Of a DNA stretch of 64,000 nucleotides, positions 48,625 to 58,065 are shown piece after piece (position 1 is the stretch's first letter; every line of letters starts with the position of its first letter). The DNA lies in the IMG/VR virus record IMGVR_UViG_3300030202_003189, positions 124,001 through 188,000 of that record; one strand, written 5' to 3'. The position numbers and the translations under genes were made by a program. The notes beneath the pieces were generated by a model that ran no database searches, was not told where the DNA came from, and saw only the letters and a program-made list of their open reading frames with translations.

Positions 48625-50217
48625 ATGGCACAACCAGGATGTATTGATGAATTATGTTTAAGTTTTGACTTTGCTTCTTATCCGTATAGTGGCCCAATTA
48701 ACTCGTATTTCTTTGAGTCTATTGACACTAATGTGGCTAATGTTTGGGGACTACCAACTCCGGTAATCGGAGCGTTTAATCCGTTCAGTTTAGGGGCAAA
48801 TATTTTGATCGGTAGTAGTGACGCTGGTATGACGTCAACCACTACCGGACTAAGTACCTCTTACGAATTATTTTACTTCCAAGGAGGTAATTTCTTATCA
48901 GTTCCATTGGCAACTCCAATTCTTATACCAAGTACCTATGTTGTTAGAGTCACTTCTACATCTGAAATCGCAGATGATGGGTCGGCTTGTATTTATGATT
49001 TTTCTTTCGCAATAAATAATAATTATGATTTTATTCCTTTTGTGATGGCTGGTTCCACAGGAGCGAATGGTTGGTGTAATGCCTGGGGATGTACTGAAGC
49101 ATCATCACCTAATTATATTCCAGGGGCTAATGCAAATGACGGTTCTTGTGTCTATAATATGGATGCTGATCCTTATGGTTGTACCGATAATAATGCTTGT
49201 AATTACGATTTCTTAAAAACTATTGACGACGGAAGTTGTAATTATGATTGTTATGGATGTACAGACCCTAACGCTGGTAATTGGAACACTTCAGCAACAA
49301 TTCCATGTAATGGACTCTATAATTTTTGTGTAAATATGGGGGTTTCCAACTGTTGTTGTGATTATAACCAACAAACATTTGGGTGTACAGATTTTTTAGC
49401 AGATAACTACGATTCATCAGCTTCATTTGACGATGGAAGTTGTACCTTCACAACTGAAGGATGTACGGATCCTAGGGCAGATAATTATAACCCTATTTAT
49501 ACAACTGATGATGGAACTTGTAGTATTGGTGGGTGTATGGATAACACAGCTTCTAATTGGAATCAGGAAGCCACGTTTGACAATGGTTCCTGTGTGTATG
49601 ATAACTGTAAATATGGTTGTACGGACCCAACATCGTCTAATTATGATATTTACGCAACTTGTGATGACGGTTCTTGTATGGGTGGATGTTGTGGAAAAAC
49701 AAACTCAGGTAATTTTATAATTACAGGTACTACAGAAAGTAAATTAAACAGAATTAAGTGGCTTGGGACCGCTATAGGGGTCGACTCAAGTGGTGCGGTT
49801 CAAGACAATGTAAATATTGCGATGACTGATGCAAACATGACGGCAAAATACGGTGTTAATCAATGGTATCCTTTAGTTAGAAGAGTCCCATCTTTAGGAA
49901 TGAAGAATGGATGGACACAAATAACTCCTGGAGTTGTTACTGCATACACCATTGATAATATACATTATTGGGATTATGAGATAGGAAAACAATCAATGTT
50001 CGCAGTAGAGATGAAAAATTGTTGTCCAGGATGTCTTTATCCAGATATAAAAGAAGAGTGGACAATGGGACATGTTTTCCCTCCACAAATAGAAAATAAT
50101 GTATTTATAGATAGAGGAATTGCTTCCGTTTTTGAAGAACATTATAGATTAACAGAAGTTAAGACTTTGGAGGATTTTGATATTTACCAATCAGGATTTT
50201 TCAATATAATAAATTAA
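48625..50217 (+). CDS. Structural protein with tandem GCTD...DDGSC repeats
   Basis: Seven repeats, then ITGTTESKL ... KEE...G.V.PP.I.NNVFIDRG..SVFE.H.RL.EV.TL C-terminal domain. Confidence 0.65.
   Translation: MAQPGCIDELCLSFDFASYPYSGPINSYFFESIDTNVANVWGLPTPVIGAFNPFSLGANILIGSSDAGMTSTTTGLSTSYELFYFQGGNFLSVPLATPILIPSTYVVRVTSTSEIADDGSACIYDFSFAINNNYDFIPFVMAGSTGANGWCNAWGCTEASSPNYIPGANANDGSCVYNMDADPYGCTDNNACNYDFLKTIDDGSCNYDCYGCTDPNAGNWNTSATIPCNGLYNFCVNMGVSNCCCDYNQQTFGCTDFLADNYDSSASFDDGSCTFTTEGCTDPRADNYNPIYTTDDGTCSIGGCMDNTASNWNQEATFDNGSCVYDNCKYGCTDPTSSNYDIYATCDDGSCMGGCCGKTNSGNFIITGTTESKLNRIKWLGTAIGVDSSGAVQDNVNIAMTDANMTAKYGVNQWYPLVRRVPSLGMKNGWTQITPGVVTAYTIDNIHYWDYEIGKQSMFAVEMKNCCPGCLYPDIKEEWTMGHVFPPQIENNVFIDRGIASVFEEHYRLTEVKTLEDFDIYQSGFFNIIN
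49087..49677 (+). repeat. Seven tandem GC(T/M)(D/E)xxAxN(Y/W)xxxAxxDDGSC-type coding repeats
   Basis: GCTEASSPNY, GCTDNNACNY, GCTDPNAGNW, GCTDFLADNY, GCTDPRADNY, GCMDNTASNW, GCTDPTSSNY read directly from the translation. Confidence 0.9.
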
Positions 50218-50235
50218 AAACTAAAAAATTATTAA

Positions 50236-51126
50236 ATGGCAACAGGTAATTATGGAATAAAAAGACCGGCAGATGTATCACCACAGGATGTGGATATGTA
50301 CGTACACTACTCACCAAGTAGGGACTCAAACTTTACTAATAGTTTCGTAAAAGTAAGTGCCCCTGAATTTTTAACGAGTTATAATAAGCCATCGTCGGGA
50401 GGAGCACTAGGAGGGGTGTTAGAAGGTTTGTATAATTTAACCCTTTCCCCAACAATATTCAATGCTAGGGGTATCTATACCATTGTTTTGAAACCAAGAG
50501 AAATTATTAAAACAATAGTTGATTGTGGTAATCTAGCGGCACTTCCAGAGGTAAAAGGTATTGTCCTTGACAACTCCAATCTTACTTCTGAAGCAGTAAA
50601 TGGAGGGTTAGTGGGATATAGAATTGAATACTATGACCAAAATACTAACTCTAAAATAAGAAATTTATTTAGGATAGTTACATCCTCAAATTTAGCAGAG
50701 CCAGTTAATCAACAATTATCTAATACAACTCAGAAGGCAATAAGGTATAGTTTTAACGATGGAGGAAATCTCATATTTTTAACCTTAACCCCAAGTTCTG
50801 CACCTAATGTTAAACCAAACGCAGAACCTTTTTTAGGACAAACAGGACAGGTGATCGCAATCTCCAATACATTCTTTAATCCAGTAACGATAGAGATAGA
50901 ACTAACAGAACATGATTTTGATACTTTAGGAACCGGTATATTTGGTAACCAAACAAAATCAATCCAAGACGGAATATACACAATTTATGATTCAAGTAAC
51001 GCTATTTATAAACAATATAACTTATTTGAAATTAAAGACACATTTAATGAATCTCTATATGAAGTTAGAGAAGAACGTACAAATGTCGATACCAGTAAAA
51101 CTTTTAATAGTATAACCTCGTTATAA
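50236..51126 (+). CDS. Putative baseplate structural protein
   Basis: 296 aa, MATGNYGIKRPADV, GLYNL.L, GYRIEY, NTFFNP, NQTKSI.DGIYTIYD; overlaps the next gene (TAATG). Confidence 0.6.
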   Translation: MATGNYGIKRPADVSPQDVDMYVHYSPSRDSNFTNSFVKVSAPEFLTSYNKPSSGGALGGVLEGLYNLTLSPTIFNARGIYTIVLKPREIIKTIVDCGNLAALPEVKGIVLDNSNLTSEAVNGGLVGYRIEYYDQNTNSKIRNLFRIVTSSNLAEPVNQQLSNTTQKAIRYSFNDGGNLIFLTLTPSSAPNVKPNAEPFLGQTGQVIAISNTFFNPVTIEIELTEHDFDTLGTGIFGNQTKSIQDGIYTIYDSSNAIYKQYNLFEIKDTFNESLYEVREERTNVDTSKTFNSITSL

Positions 51127-54100
51127 TGGCATATAAAAGAGTAATAGGTAATTATCAATCTAACGCGGACTTTTCACCGAGTTTAGTGGGATATCAAATA
51201 TCAGAAGGTAGCATAACGATATTTAACACTTTTTATACTACAGCTAATCTGGAGTCTAGAAGTAATATTTTCTACGAAACACAGGGATTTTCTCAAGCAA
51301 TATCATTGAGTAATTTAGGTATTACGTCCACCCAAGGACAATCACTTCTTGATAACAACCTAAATTTAGTCTTAAATCTAGATCAAAACGACCTATTTAA
51401 TTATACTTTATTTGGTAGTCTAAGAGAACACATAAAGTCAAGTATTACTAGTATAATAAGGAAGTGGCCAGCTTCCCTATACGTCAATAAGATAGTTAGT
51501 GGGGCGACTTTGAATACAATTCTGGAATATGACTACAGTCCAATAACAAATCGATCAAAATTCAAAGTTCCCGCATCAACGATAAGGAATAATTTTGATA
51601 TTAATTTAGAGAACTCACCTAATCCATATCAAGGATATAATGGGATTAGAATGATGGGGTTAGACTATTATAAATATGTTATAAAATTTCCGGTAACTGG
51701 AAGTACAATAGGTAATAGTCCAGGATATGCAAATAATGTACAAGAATTACCAATAATCGGGTATACTGGCACATCAAACCTTTCACAAAACTATGTGTAT
51801 TTTAATGTTAAAGGAAATCCTTTCACAGGTACTACTTCTTCACCTAGTGGAGGAATAATGTCTGCAAATTTCCACATAAAACCAAATAAACAAATAGTCG
51901 AAGAATTTTTTTCTAAATTAAAAAATTTAGACAGTTTCTTATTAAATAGAGAGACAACACCTATTTTTACATCAAAATTTACAGTTCCTATGGAGGGTAA
52001 TGGAGGTGGATTTATAGAGACACCTAGAAAATACACTTGGCCAACCACAGATGGGTATAATATAGATATTAACACCACAAAGTATCAAACATACCTTATA
52101 GGATTATTAGAGTTGTCCGATTCTTACGACAATTATAAAACAGATCTAGTTTCTAGGTTTTTTACAACAGAAGCAATAAAAGAATTTGACACATCTGATA
52201 ATAGAGTACAAAAATTATTAAGAATATACGGTCGTGAATTTGATGAAGTTAAAAGATATATAGATGGATTGGCTTTCGCTAATCGTGTTAGTTATAATAA
52301 GAGTAATAATATACCGGATCAATTAGTTAAGAACTTTGCGAGAACATTAGGGTTTGAGACTATTGATTTTAATGATCAGAGTAATCTACTAGAATCTTTT
52401 TTTGGAGGAACAAACAACCCTATTTTTTCAGGGACTTCAGTAAGTATGACACCAGTGGAATTTGATATTGAGTTATGGAGACGATTGATTATAAACGCTG
52501 GTTATTTATTTAGGGCAAAAGGGACACGAAAAATCATAGAATTTTTCTTAAAATTTATTGGTGCACCGGAATCCCTGGTTGAGTTTAATGAATATGTTTA
52601 CACTACGAGAGGTAAACTTGATACAGACATGGTTAACCAGTCTATTCACTACTTGACTAATTCTCTTGATCAGGCAGCAGTTTCAGTGGACATACCAATG
52701 GACGCAGAAGGATATCCTCGAGTACTTTCTCATGATGACAACTACTACTTTCAAATGAAGGGTGGATGGTATCGGGAAACTAACACCATTGGTGCTAACT
52801 CACCACATAGAGGTCCTTATGATGGGGGTCAAGAGTATTTTGATAAATTTAGGTGTTTTACAGATATCTCTGGGGCTTCGATTACCACCAGAACCGTACC
52901 AACAGGAACCATACCAGAAGAAGATTTAACAATAGTTTTAGTTTCTAATGAATTAGGACTAGAGAATAATTTTAATTATATAAAAAATTCTTTAGGGGCC
53001 GGTGTAGGGTTAGGTTATACAAATAGTACTGGAGGAGGAGGTATAGGAAAAGGTAACACACCAGGGGCTTGTGATCCTAATAATCCAGCATTATTTTGTA
53101 CATGGACTAATGTAAATGAAGCTGTACAATTTGGTGGTGGTGCGGTATATGTTTTTGAACACGTTGGGGAAGAAATTCCTGCAAATATGCAACAATTAGC
53201 AAAAGATTTATATGATGCAGGATACGCCGTACTCACAATAAGTGACTATTCCCAACCTTCATTATATCCTATAACATCTGTGAGTGATCATATAATAGGT
53301 GAACCTTGGGGTTTTATTGAGAATCCTTTTATTGACGCATTAAATCCTTTAGGTCAAAGTTGGGGAGTTTCCCCATCAATGAGTACCGCACAAGGATGGA
53401 ACATTACCGGAACCAAACCAGAGGCACAGACACTAGCGTATAATGCACCACCAAACGAGACAATTATAAACACAGTATATCTACACAATACCAACCAAGG
53501 AAGATGGGTACATTCACAAAATCCTAACTTATGGCAAGGAGGAGTGGGGTCACAGCAATTGTTCACTAATATAATGAACTTCTTAACAATGAGAACCGAA
53601 GAATACCGACAATATTTTAATTTTGAATGGAATGACTTCTACGAACAAGAAATATATGTCTCCTGTCCTGGTTTCTCTTTAACACCACAGGTTGATAATA
53701 AAAAATCTTGGTCTGTGAAAGATGGGATCGACACAATTAGAGATTGGAGTATTAGTGATAGTAATACAGCAACTACTAATACAATTCGAGATACCTATTA
53801 CGCTGTTGGGGATAGTGAAAAATTAGTATTGAACACCAAGATGGTAGATGCTCATATTAATGTGGCAAAGGGGATAGAATATGATGTTTACAAATACAAT
53901 AAGGATTACGGATTTCCAATATCACAGAATTTTGAATATTATTCACAAAATTATGCACCAACAATGGGTGACCCAGCAACACCGGGTACTGATAGGTATA
54001 TGGAAAATAATCTATGGCCAGTTTATAGTTATAGAACGAATCCTTTCATGGCTAGTTCTACTGATCCATTAAACCCATTTAGTTATTATTATGGTTCACA

Positions 54101-55373
54101 ATTAAGCGCCGCTTCTTTTACAGTTAGTGCTACAACATTTGCTCAGTATATTGATAACCTTAAGACCACCTTTATAAACGTTAAAAATAGAAAGACGATA
54201 GGTGGAGGGGGATTTGGATTCCAACCAAATTGGCCAGCATATCCAACATTAAGGAATTTATACGAATCTTATGTGAGTGGAGGAACACATTCAACATCAA
54301 CCGGAGTTGTAACTTATCCATTTAGTAGTAATCAATTAGATTATGAAAATATGATAGGATTTATGAGTAAAATAGAACCATACTGGACGCCATTAGTAGA
54401 GCAATTTATACCTTCTACTACTATAATAGGTCTAGGAACAAAATATAGTAATACAGTCTTTGATAAACAGAAATATGTTTATAGACATGGACAACATAGT
54501 ACAATGGAAATAGAAGATATTTCTAACAGCACAATGTTAACAAACCCTTTTCCTGCTTATGATACCCCAGATACGTTAAATAATAACACGGGTAGTCAAT
54601 GGTATAATAAAACAGTAGTATATTCACGAATAATTGGACCAGGTGATGCCGCAACAGAAACAGAACCATTAATATTAGTACAAACTGATGGCACCAATAC
54701 AGTTGGTGGGGTTTCAACCCCAGTTAGTGCCTTAGTTGCGGGGGGGTCTTTTAGTCTTAGAATAGGGGTTAAATTTATTTCTGGGTTACAAAATATACCA
54801 GGTTCTTTAGGGGGACAAAAAACATATAATGTTGGTGGATCAATAGGATGTGCCAATAATAGTGTTCCATTTGGACCACCTACGAATTGTTTTGATTTTA
54901 TTGCGGGTGTTGGAATTCCAGAAAGACAAGGAAAAATATTCATAAAAGATGCCATAACTGCAGGTGAGGATTTAGAAATATTAGTTAGAGGACCAGGGTT
55001 TTATGAAGTCGATTGGTCTCCTAGTGTTGGGTGTACAACCGATTTCAAAATATCTACTAATATAAATGGATTAATATTGGATAGTGTTAAACTTTATAGA
55101 AGCACTGGTGCCGTATCAACTGCATATATAGTTGATATTGAAAATCGTAATGGGGCCTTTACTATGGGAATGGAATATGACCAAGACGCTCAATTAGATT
55201 GTAATAGAATGATGCATTGGAGAGGATTATCTGGAAGTGCACCACCAGCAGGAGGTACTGCTAAATGGGGACTTTCACCAGGACATGGTAATGTTTGGCC
55301 TGGCACTGATGGAACAGAATCTGTTACTGAAATAGATTGGTATGAAAGAGGATTAATAGACGACGTAGTTTAG
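51126..55373 (+). CDS. Baseplate wedge protein (T4 gp7 / P2 gpI-like core) with insertions
   Basis: IYGREFDE.K.YID, NIPD.L.KN.A..LG, ELWRRLI.N..YLF.AKGTRK.IEF.L, LVEQFIP.TT. Confidence 0.7.
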   Translation: MAYKRVIGNYQSNADFSPSLVGYQISEGSITIFNTFYTTANLESRSNIFYETQGFSQAISLSNLGITSTQGQSLLDNNLNLVLNLDQNDLFNYTLFGSLREHIKSSITSIIRKWPASLYVNKIVSGATLNTILEYDYSPITNRSKFKVPASTIRNNFDINLENSPNPYQGYNGIRMMGLDYYKYVIKFPVTGSTIGNSPGYANNVQELPIIGYTGTSNLSQNYVYFNVKGNPFTGTTSSPSGGIMSANFHIKPNKQIVEEFFSKLKNLDSFLLNRETTPIFTSKFTVPMEGNGGGFIETPRKYTWPTTDGYNIDINTTKYQTYLIGLLELSDSYDNYKTDLVSRFFTTEAIKEFDTSDNRVQKLLRIYGREFDEVKRYIDGLAFANRVSYNKSNNIPDQLVKNFARTLGFETIDFNDQSNLLESFFGGTNNPIFSGTSVSMTPVEFDIELWRRLIINAGYLFRAKGTRKIIEFFLKFIGAPESLVEFNEYVYTTRGKLDTDMVNQSIHYLTNSLDQAAVSVDIPMDAEGYPRVLSHDDNYYFQMKGGWYRETNTIGANSPHRGPYDGGQEYFDKFRCFTDISGASITTRTVPTGTIPEEDLTIVLVSNELGLENNFNYIKNSLGAGVGLGYTNSTGGGGIGKGNTPGACDPNNPALFCTWTNVNEAVQFGGGAVYVFEHVGEEIPANMQQLAKDLYDAGYAVLTISDYSQPSLYPITSVSDHIIGEPWGFIENPFIDALNPLGQSWGVSPSMSTAQGWNITGTKPEAQTLAYNAPPNETIINTVYLHNTNQGRWVHSQNPNLWQGGVGSQQLFTNIMNFLTMRTEEYRQYFNFEWNDFYEQEIYVSCPGFSLTPQVDNKKSWSVKDGIDTIRDWSISDSNTATTNTIRDTYYAVGDSEKLVLNTKMVDAHINVAKGIEYDVYKYNKDYGFPISQNFEYYSQNYAPTMGDPATPGTDRYMENNLWPVYSYRTNPFMASSTDPLNPFSYYYGSQLSAASFTVSATTFAQYIDNLKTTFINVKNRKTIGGGGFGFQPNWPAYPTLRNLYESYVSGGTHSTSTGVVTYPFSSNQLDYENMIGFMSKIEPYWTPLVEQFIPSTTIIGLGTKYSNTVFDKQKYVYRHGQHSTMEIEDISNSTMLTNPFPAYDTPDTLNNNTGSQWYNKTVVYSRIIGPGDAATETEPLILVQTDGTNTVGGVSTPVSALVAGGSFSLRIGVKFISGLQNIPGSLGGQKTYNVGGSIGCANNSVPFGPPTNCFDFIAGVGIPERQGKIFIKDAITAGEDLEILVRGPGFYEVDWSPSVGCTTDFKISTNINGLILDSVKLYRSTGAVSTAYIVDIENRNGAFTMGMEYDQDAQLDCNRMMHWRGLSGSAPPAGGTAKWGLSPGHGNVWPGTDGTESVTEIDWYERGLIDDVV

Positions 55374-55385
55374 AAAATAAATATT

Positions 55386-55706
55386 ATGAAGAAAACAGGA
55401 AATATAAATGTAACACCTACAATAACAACAACTTCTACAGCCTCTGGTTATGATAGAAGTCCCGATAAGGATGTATCAATCGAAAGAGAGGACGGCACTT
55501 ATAAAAGAGGACCTGGTACTCTAGACAATACACAGAATTATGGTACATTAATTTTAGGTCAAAATATTGAAAGTAATGGGACTATACAAAGAGAAAATAT
55601 AAAACTATATGGAACTAATAATTTAGGTCCTATAACAAATAACAACAAAACACGTACCAAAATAATAAAGGGTAGTGTTAATTCATCATTGTACTCAAAT
55701 GGATAA
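55386..55706 (+). CDS. Small Thr/Asn-rich hypothetical protein
   Basis: 106-aa ORF filling the gap; its stop overlaps the next start. Confidence 0.5.
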   Translation: MKKTGNINVTPTITTTSTASGYDRSPDKDVSIEREDGTYKRGPGTLDNTQNYGTLILGQNIESNGTIQRENIKLYGTNNLGPITNNNKTRTKIIKGSVNSSLYSNG

Positions 55707-58002
55707 ATGTAGATATAAAACTTTATTAAGAGATTCGGCTAAGTTGATTAGTAATTCACAGTATACTAATCAGAATACTGCTTATATACCTTTAGATGTG
55801 TACACATGTTATGATGTATTTTATCGACCTACTATCACAATGAGTGGTGCGTCCAAATTATCTAACTATTATAGATACTCTTTTTCAGGAAGTCCGTACA
55901 CTACTCTGAATATGCTACCAACAGGACCCACGGCATCCACTAATAATTCAGTATGGAATGTTACTAAATCTGCGGCAACCCTAGAATATTATATACCACG
56001 TAGTTTTGCCACTGGGTATACGGGAAAATTTAGAAGTAGTGTGTATAAGTGGAGTGATAGACAGAAAGGATTTGTCTACCCCCCAGTACATCAACGATTA
56101 TTTGGGGCGTTTCCCGAAACACCTAACTTAGCGTGTAGTGCTACTACAACTTCTAGTACTTATAGTGTCTTTTTTAGTATATCGGCAAATTCTCTAGGAC
56201 CAGGATTAGATCCTTCATACCTATCAAAACCTTCTTTTTATTGGTGGGGGAATGATATTACAAGAGGACATGGTTCAGGAGGTCACTTAGCCCCTATATG
56301 GGACGGTTTTTATACTGCAGGTACACTATCTAATTACCTAACAGGAGTTCGCATAACCACGGGTGGAACTATACAAACTTTTGGAAACACAGGAGAGACC
56401 TTTTATTATGATGGAAAAAAGGCACCGACAACCGACATACTATCATATACTGCAAGATTTAAGACAGCGGAAAAGAATGGACACATTATACCAATCCCAA
56501 ACCCAACCACAGGAGCTCTAAACATACTAAACGAAGGTGTTACTGGTAATGCGGGATATTGGGAAAGGGATCAATGTTACATGTCAGGAATGACATTTGA
56601 TTTTGCAATAGGTGCAGGTAATGGTTGGTTATCTGGAGGTCCTCAGTTTATAAGTGCAACCACATCTTATAGTGGATATTATACTGGATTTGCAACAGGA
56701 AATGTTTATGTGTATAGTGCATGTTGCCAACACAAACTAGTTGATACGGTACTTCCATCAGCTTTGGCCTCACAAAGAGGACCCGGACAACCAGAAAATT
56801 CAAACGACTTTTTAGTTAAAAGTTCTTTTGTGTATACTGGAGATGGAACAACCGCAAGTTGTTACCTAACCTCCGGACTGACCTACGATACTTTAATTGA
56901 TAATCCAGATGATAAAGGGTATGAAGCTTTAGTAAGTACAATATATAAAAATAACCTAAATTATTCAGGTACTGATTATACTTTTATTGCTGTAACAGAC
57001 CCAGCAGTACCTTATATATTAGAACCTAATAATAATGTAAGTCCTTATGATGCAACAAATTTAGGAATTGCAACTGGTATGACAGATACTGGGATAGGGT
57101 TTAATACGACAGAAAAGATTGAATTAATAGTTGAGGATTTACCTATTATAACATCTGGACAGTCAGAGTACTATTTAAGTCAGGAACCTGTTGGGGATGT
57201 AAGTCTAACCCTAAATGGAGTGGTTCTATTAAAAGACATTGAGTATATTAAAGACCAAAGAAAGATAACAATAATGGTGGACAAGACTGTTGCCAATTCA
57301 GTTAATATAAAAACCTCCGATAGAATAGTTGTAACCTACATAAAAGGTAGTACCATAGATGGATTTGTGTCAGAAACAGAGACAGTCCCGACAACGATGA
57401 CTTCTGGAGCTACAACTACAGATGTTAATTATAATACATTTAATTATAACACGGGATCAACATCATATGAATACTATACCAACCAAGATATAATTAACAG
57501 TACTGATTTAAGCAATACAGTAGTTCTATTAAATGGAGTGAGATTAGTACCTAATGATGAATATTATAGGTCAACAACTAATCCGAAAAGAATAATTTTT
57601 AATGAGAATATAAGACTAGTGGCTGGTGAGATAGTGAACGTTTTTTATATAACTAATTTAACTGGAATTAACAGTCAAAGTCTATCAACACCATATAAGA
57701 ATATAACATGGGGAGTAACTCCCACACCAACTACTAGCTCTGGTTATTTTGAGATACAGGTCACTAATAGTGCCGATACACAATTTTACTCAGCAACGAC
57801 TTGGACAACTATCACACATCAAGAAAACATGTCCCAATATAACACTAAAATTGGACCATTCGATACACTAAATCAAAAGTATTTATATAGGATAGTTAGT
57901 TATAAAACATATGTATCTGTTAGCGGGTCAACTCTAACCACAACGGCTACAAGTTCAACAAATAAGTTTGACACGTTTAATGCGTCATTAAAAAGCTATT
58001 AG
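55699..58002 (+). CDS. Tail fibre/baseplate-associated structural protein (start ATG 55699 preferred over 55675)
   Basis: Ser/Thr/Gly-rich; two V.LNG..L....EY...I......D/E...V.Y modules typical of myovirus fibre/baseplate proteins; FN3-like C-terminus. Confidence 0.6.
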   Translation: MDKCRYKTLLRDSAKLISNSQYTNQNTAYIPLDVYTCYDVFYRPTITMSGASKLSNYYRYSFSGSPYTTLNMLPTGPTASTNNSVWNVTKSAATLEYYIPRSFATGYTGKFRSSVYKWSDRQKGFVYPPVHQRLFGAFPETPNLACSATTTSSTYSVFFSISANSLGPGLDPSYLSKPSFYWWGNDITRGHGSGGHLAPIWDGFYTAGTLSNYLTGVRITTGGTIQTFGNTGETFYYDGKKAPTTDILSYTARFKTAEKNGHIIPIPNPTTGALNILNEGVTGNAGYWERDQCYMSGMTFDFAIGAGNGWLSGGPQFISATTSYSGYYTGFATGNVYVYSACCQHKLVDTVLPSALASQRGPGQPENSNDFLVKSSFVYTGDGTTASCYLTSGLTYDTLIDNPDDKGYEALVSTIYKNNLNYSGTDYTFIAVTDPAVPYILEPNNNVSPYDATNLGIATGMTDTGIGFNTTEKIELIVEDLPIITSGQSEYYLSQEPVGDVSLTLNGVVLLKDIEYIKDQRKITIMVDKTVANSVNIKTSDRIVVTYIKGSTIDGFVSETETVPTTMTSGATTTDVNYNTFNYNTGSTSYEYYTNQDIINSTDLSNTVVLLNGVRLVPNDEYYRSTTNPKRIIFNENIRLVAGEIVNVFYITNLTGINSQSLSTPYKNITWGVTPTPTTSSGYFEIQVTNSADTQFYSATTWTTITHQENMSQYNTKIGPFDTLNQKYLYRIVSYKTYVSVSGSTLTTTATSSTNKFDTFNASLKSY

Positions 58003-58017
58003 AAATTTTAGAGTTTG

Positions 58018-58025
58018 ATATTTAT
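58018..58025 (+). promoter_or_regulatory. ATATTTAT motif (candidate phage promoter)
   Basis: 40 nt upstream of ATG 58066. Confidence 0.5.
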
Positions 58026-58065
58026 AATAAAATGAAAGATAATATATTAAAGAAAATAAATTAAA

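Noticed and set aside
49087-49677. CRISPR array or DGR template/variable repeats
   Set aside because: Repeats are degenerate in-frame protein repeats. There is no fixed DNA repeat-spacer structure, adenine-specific pair, cas gene or reverse transcriptase.
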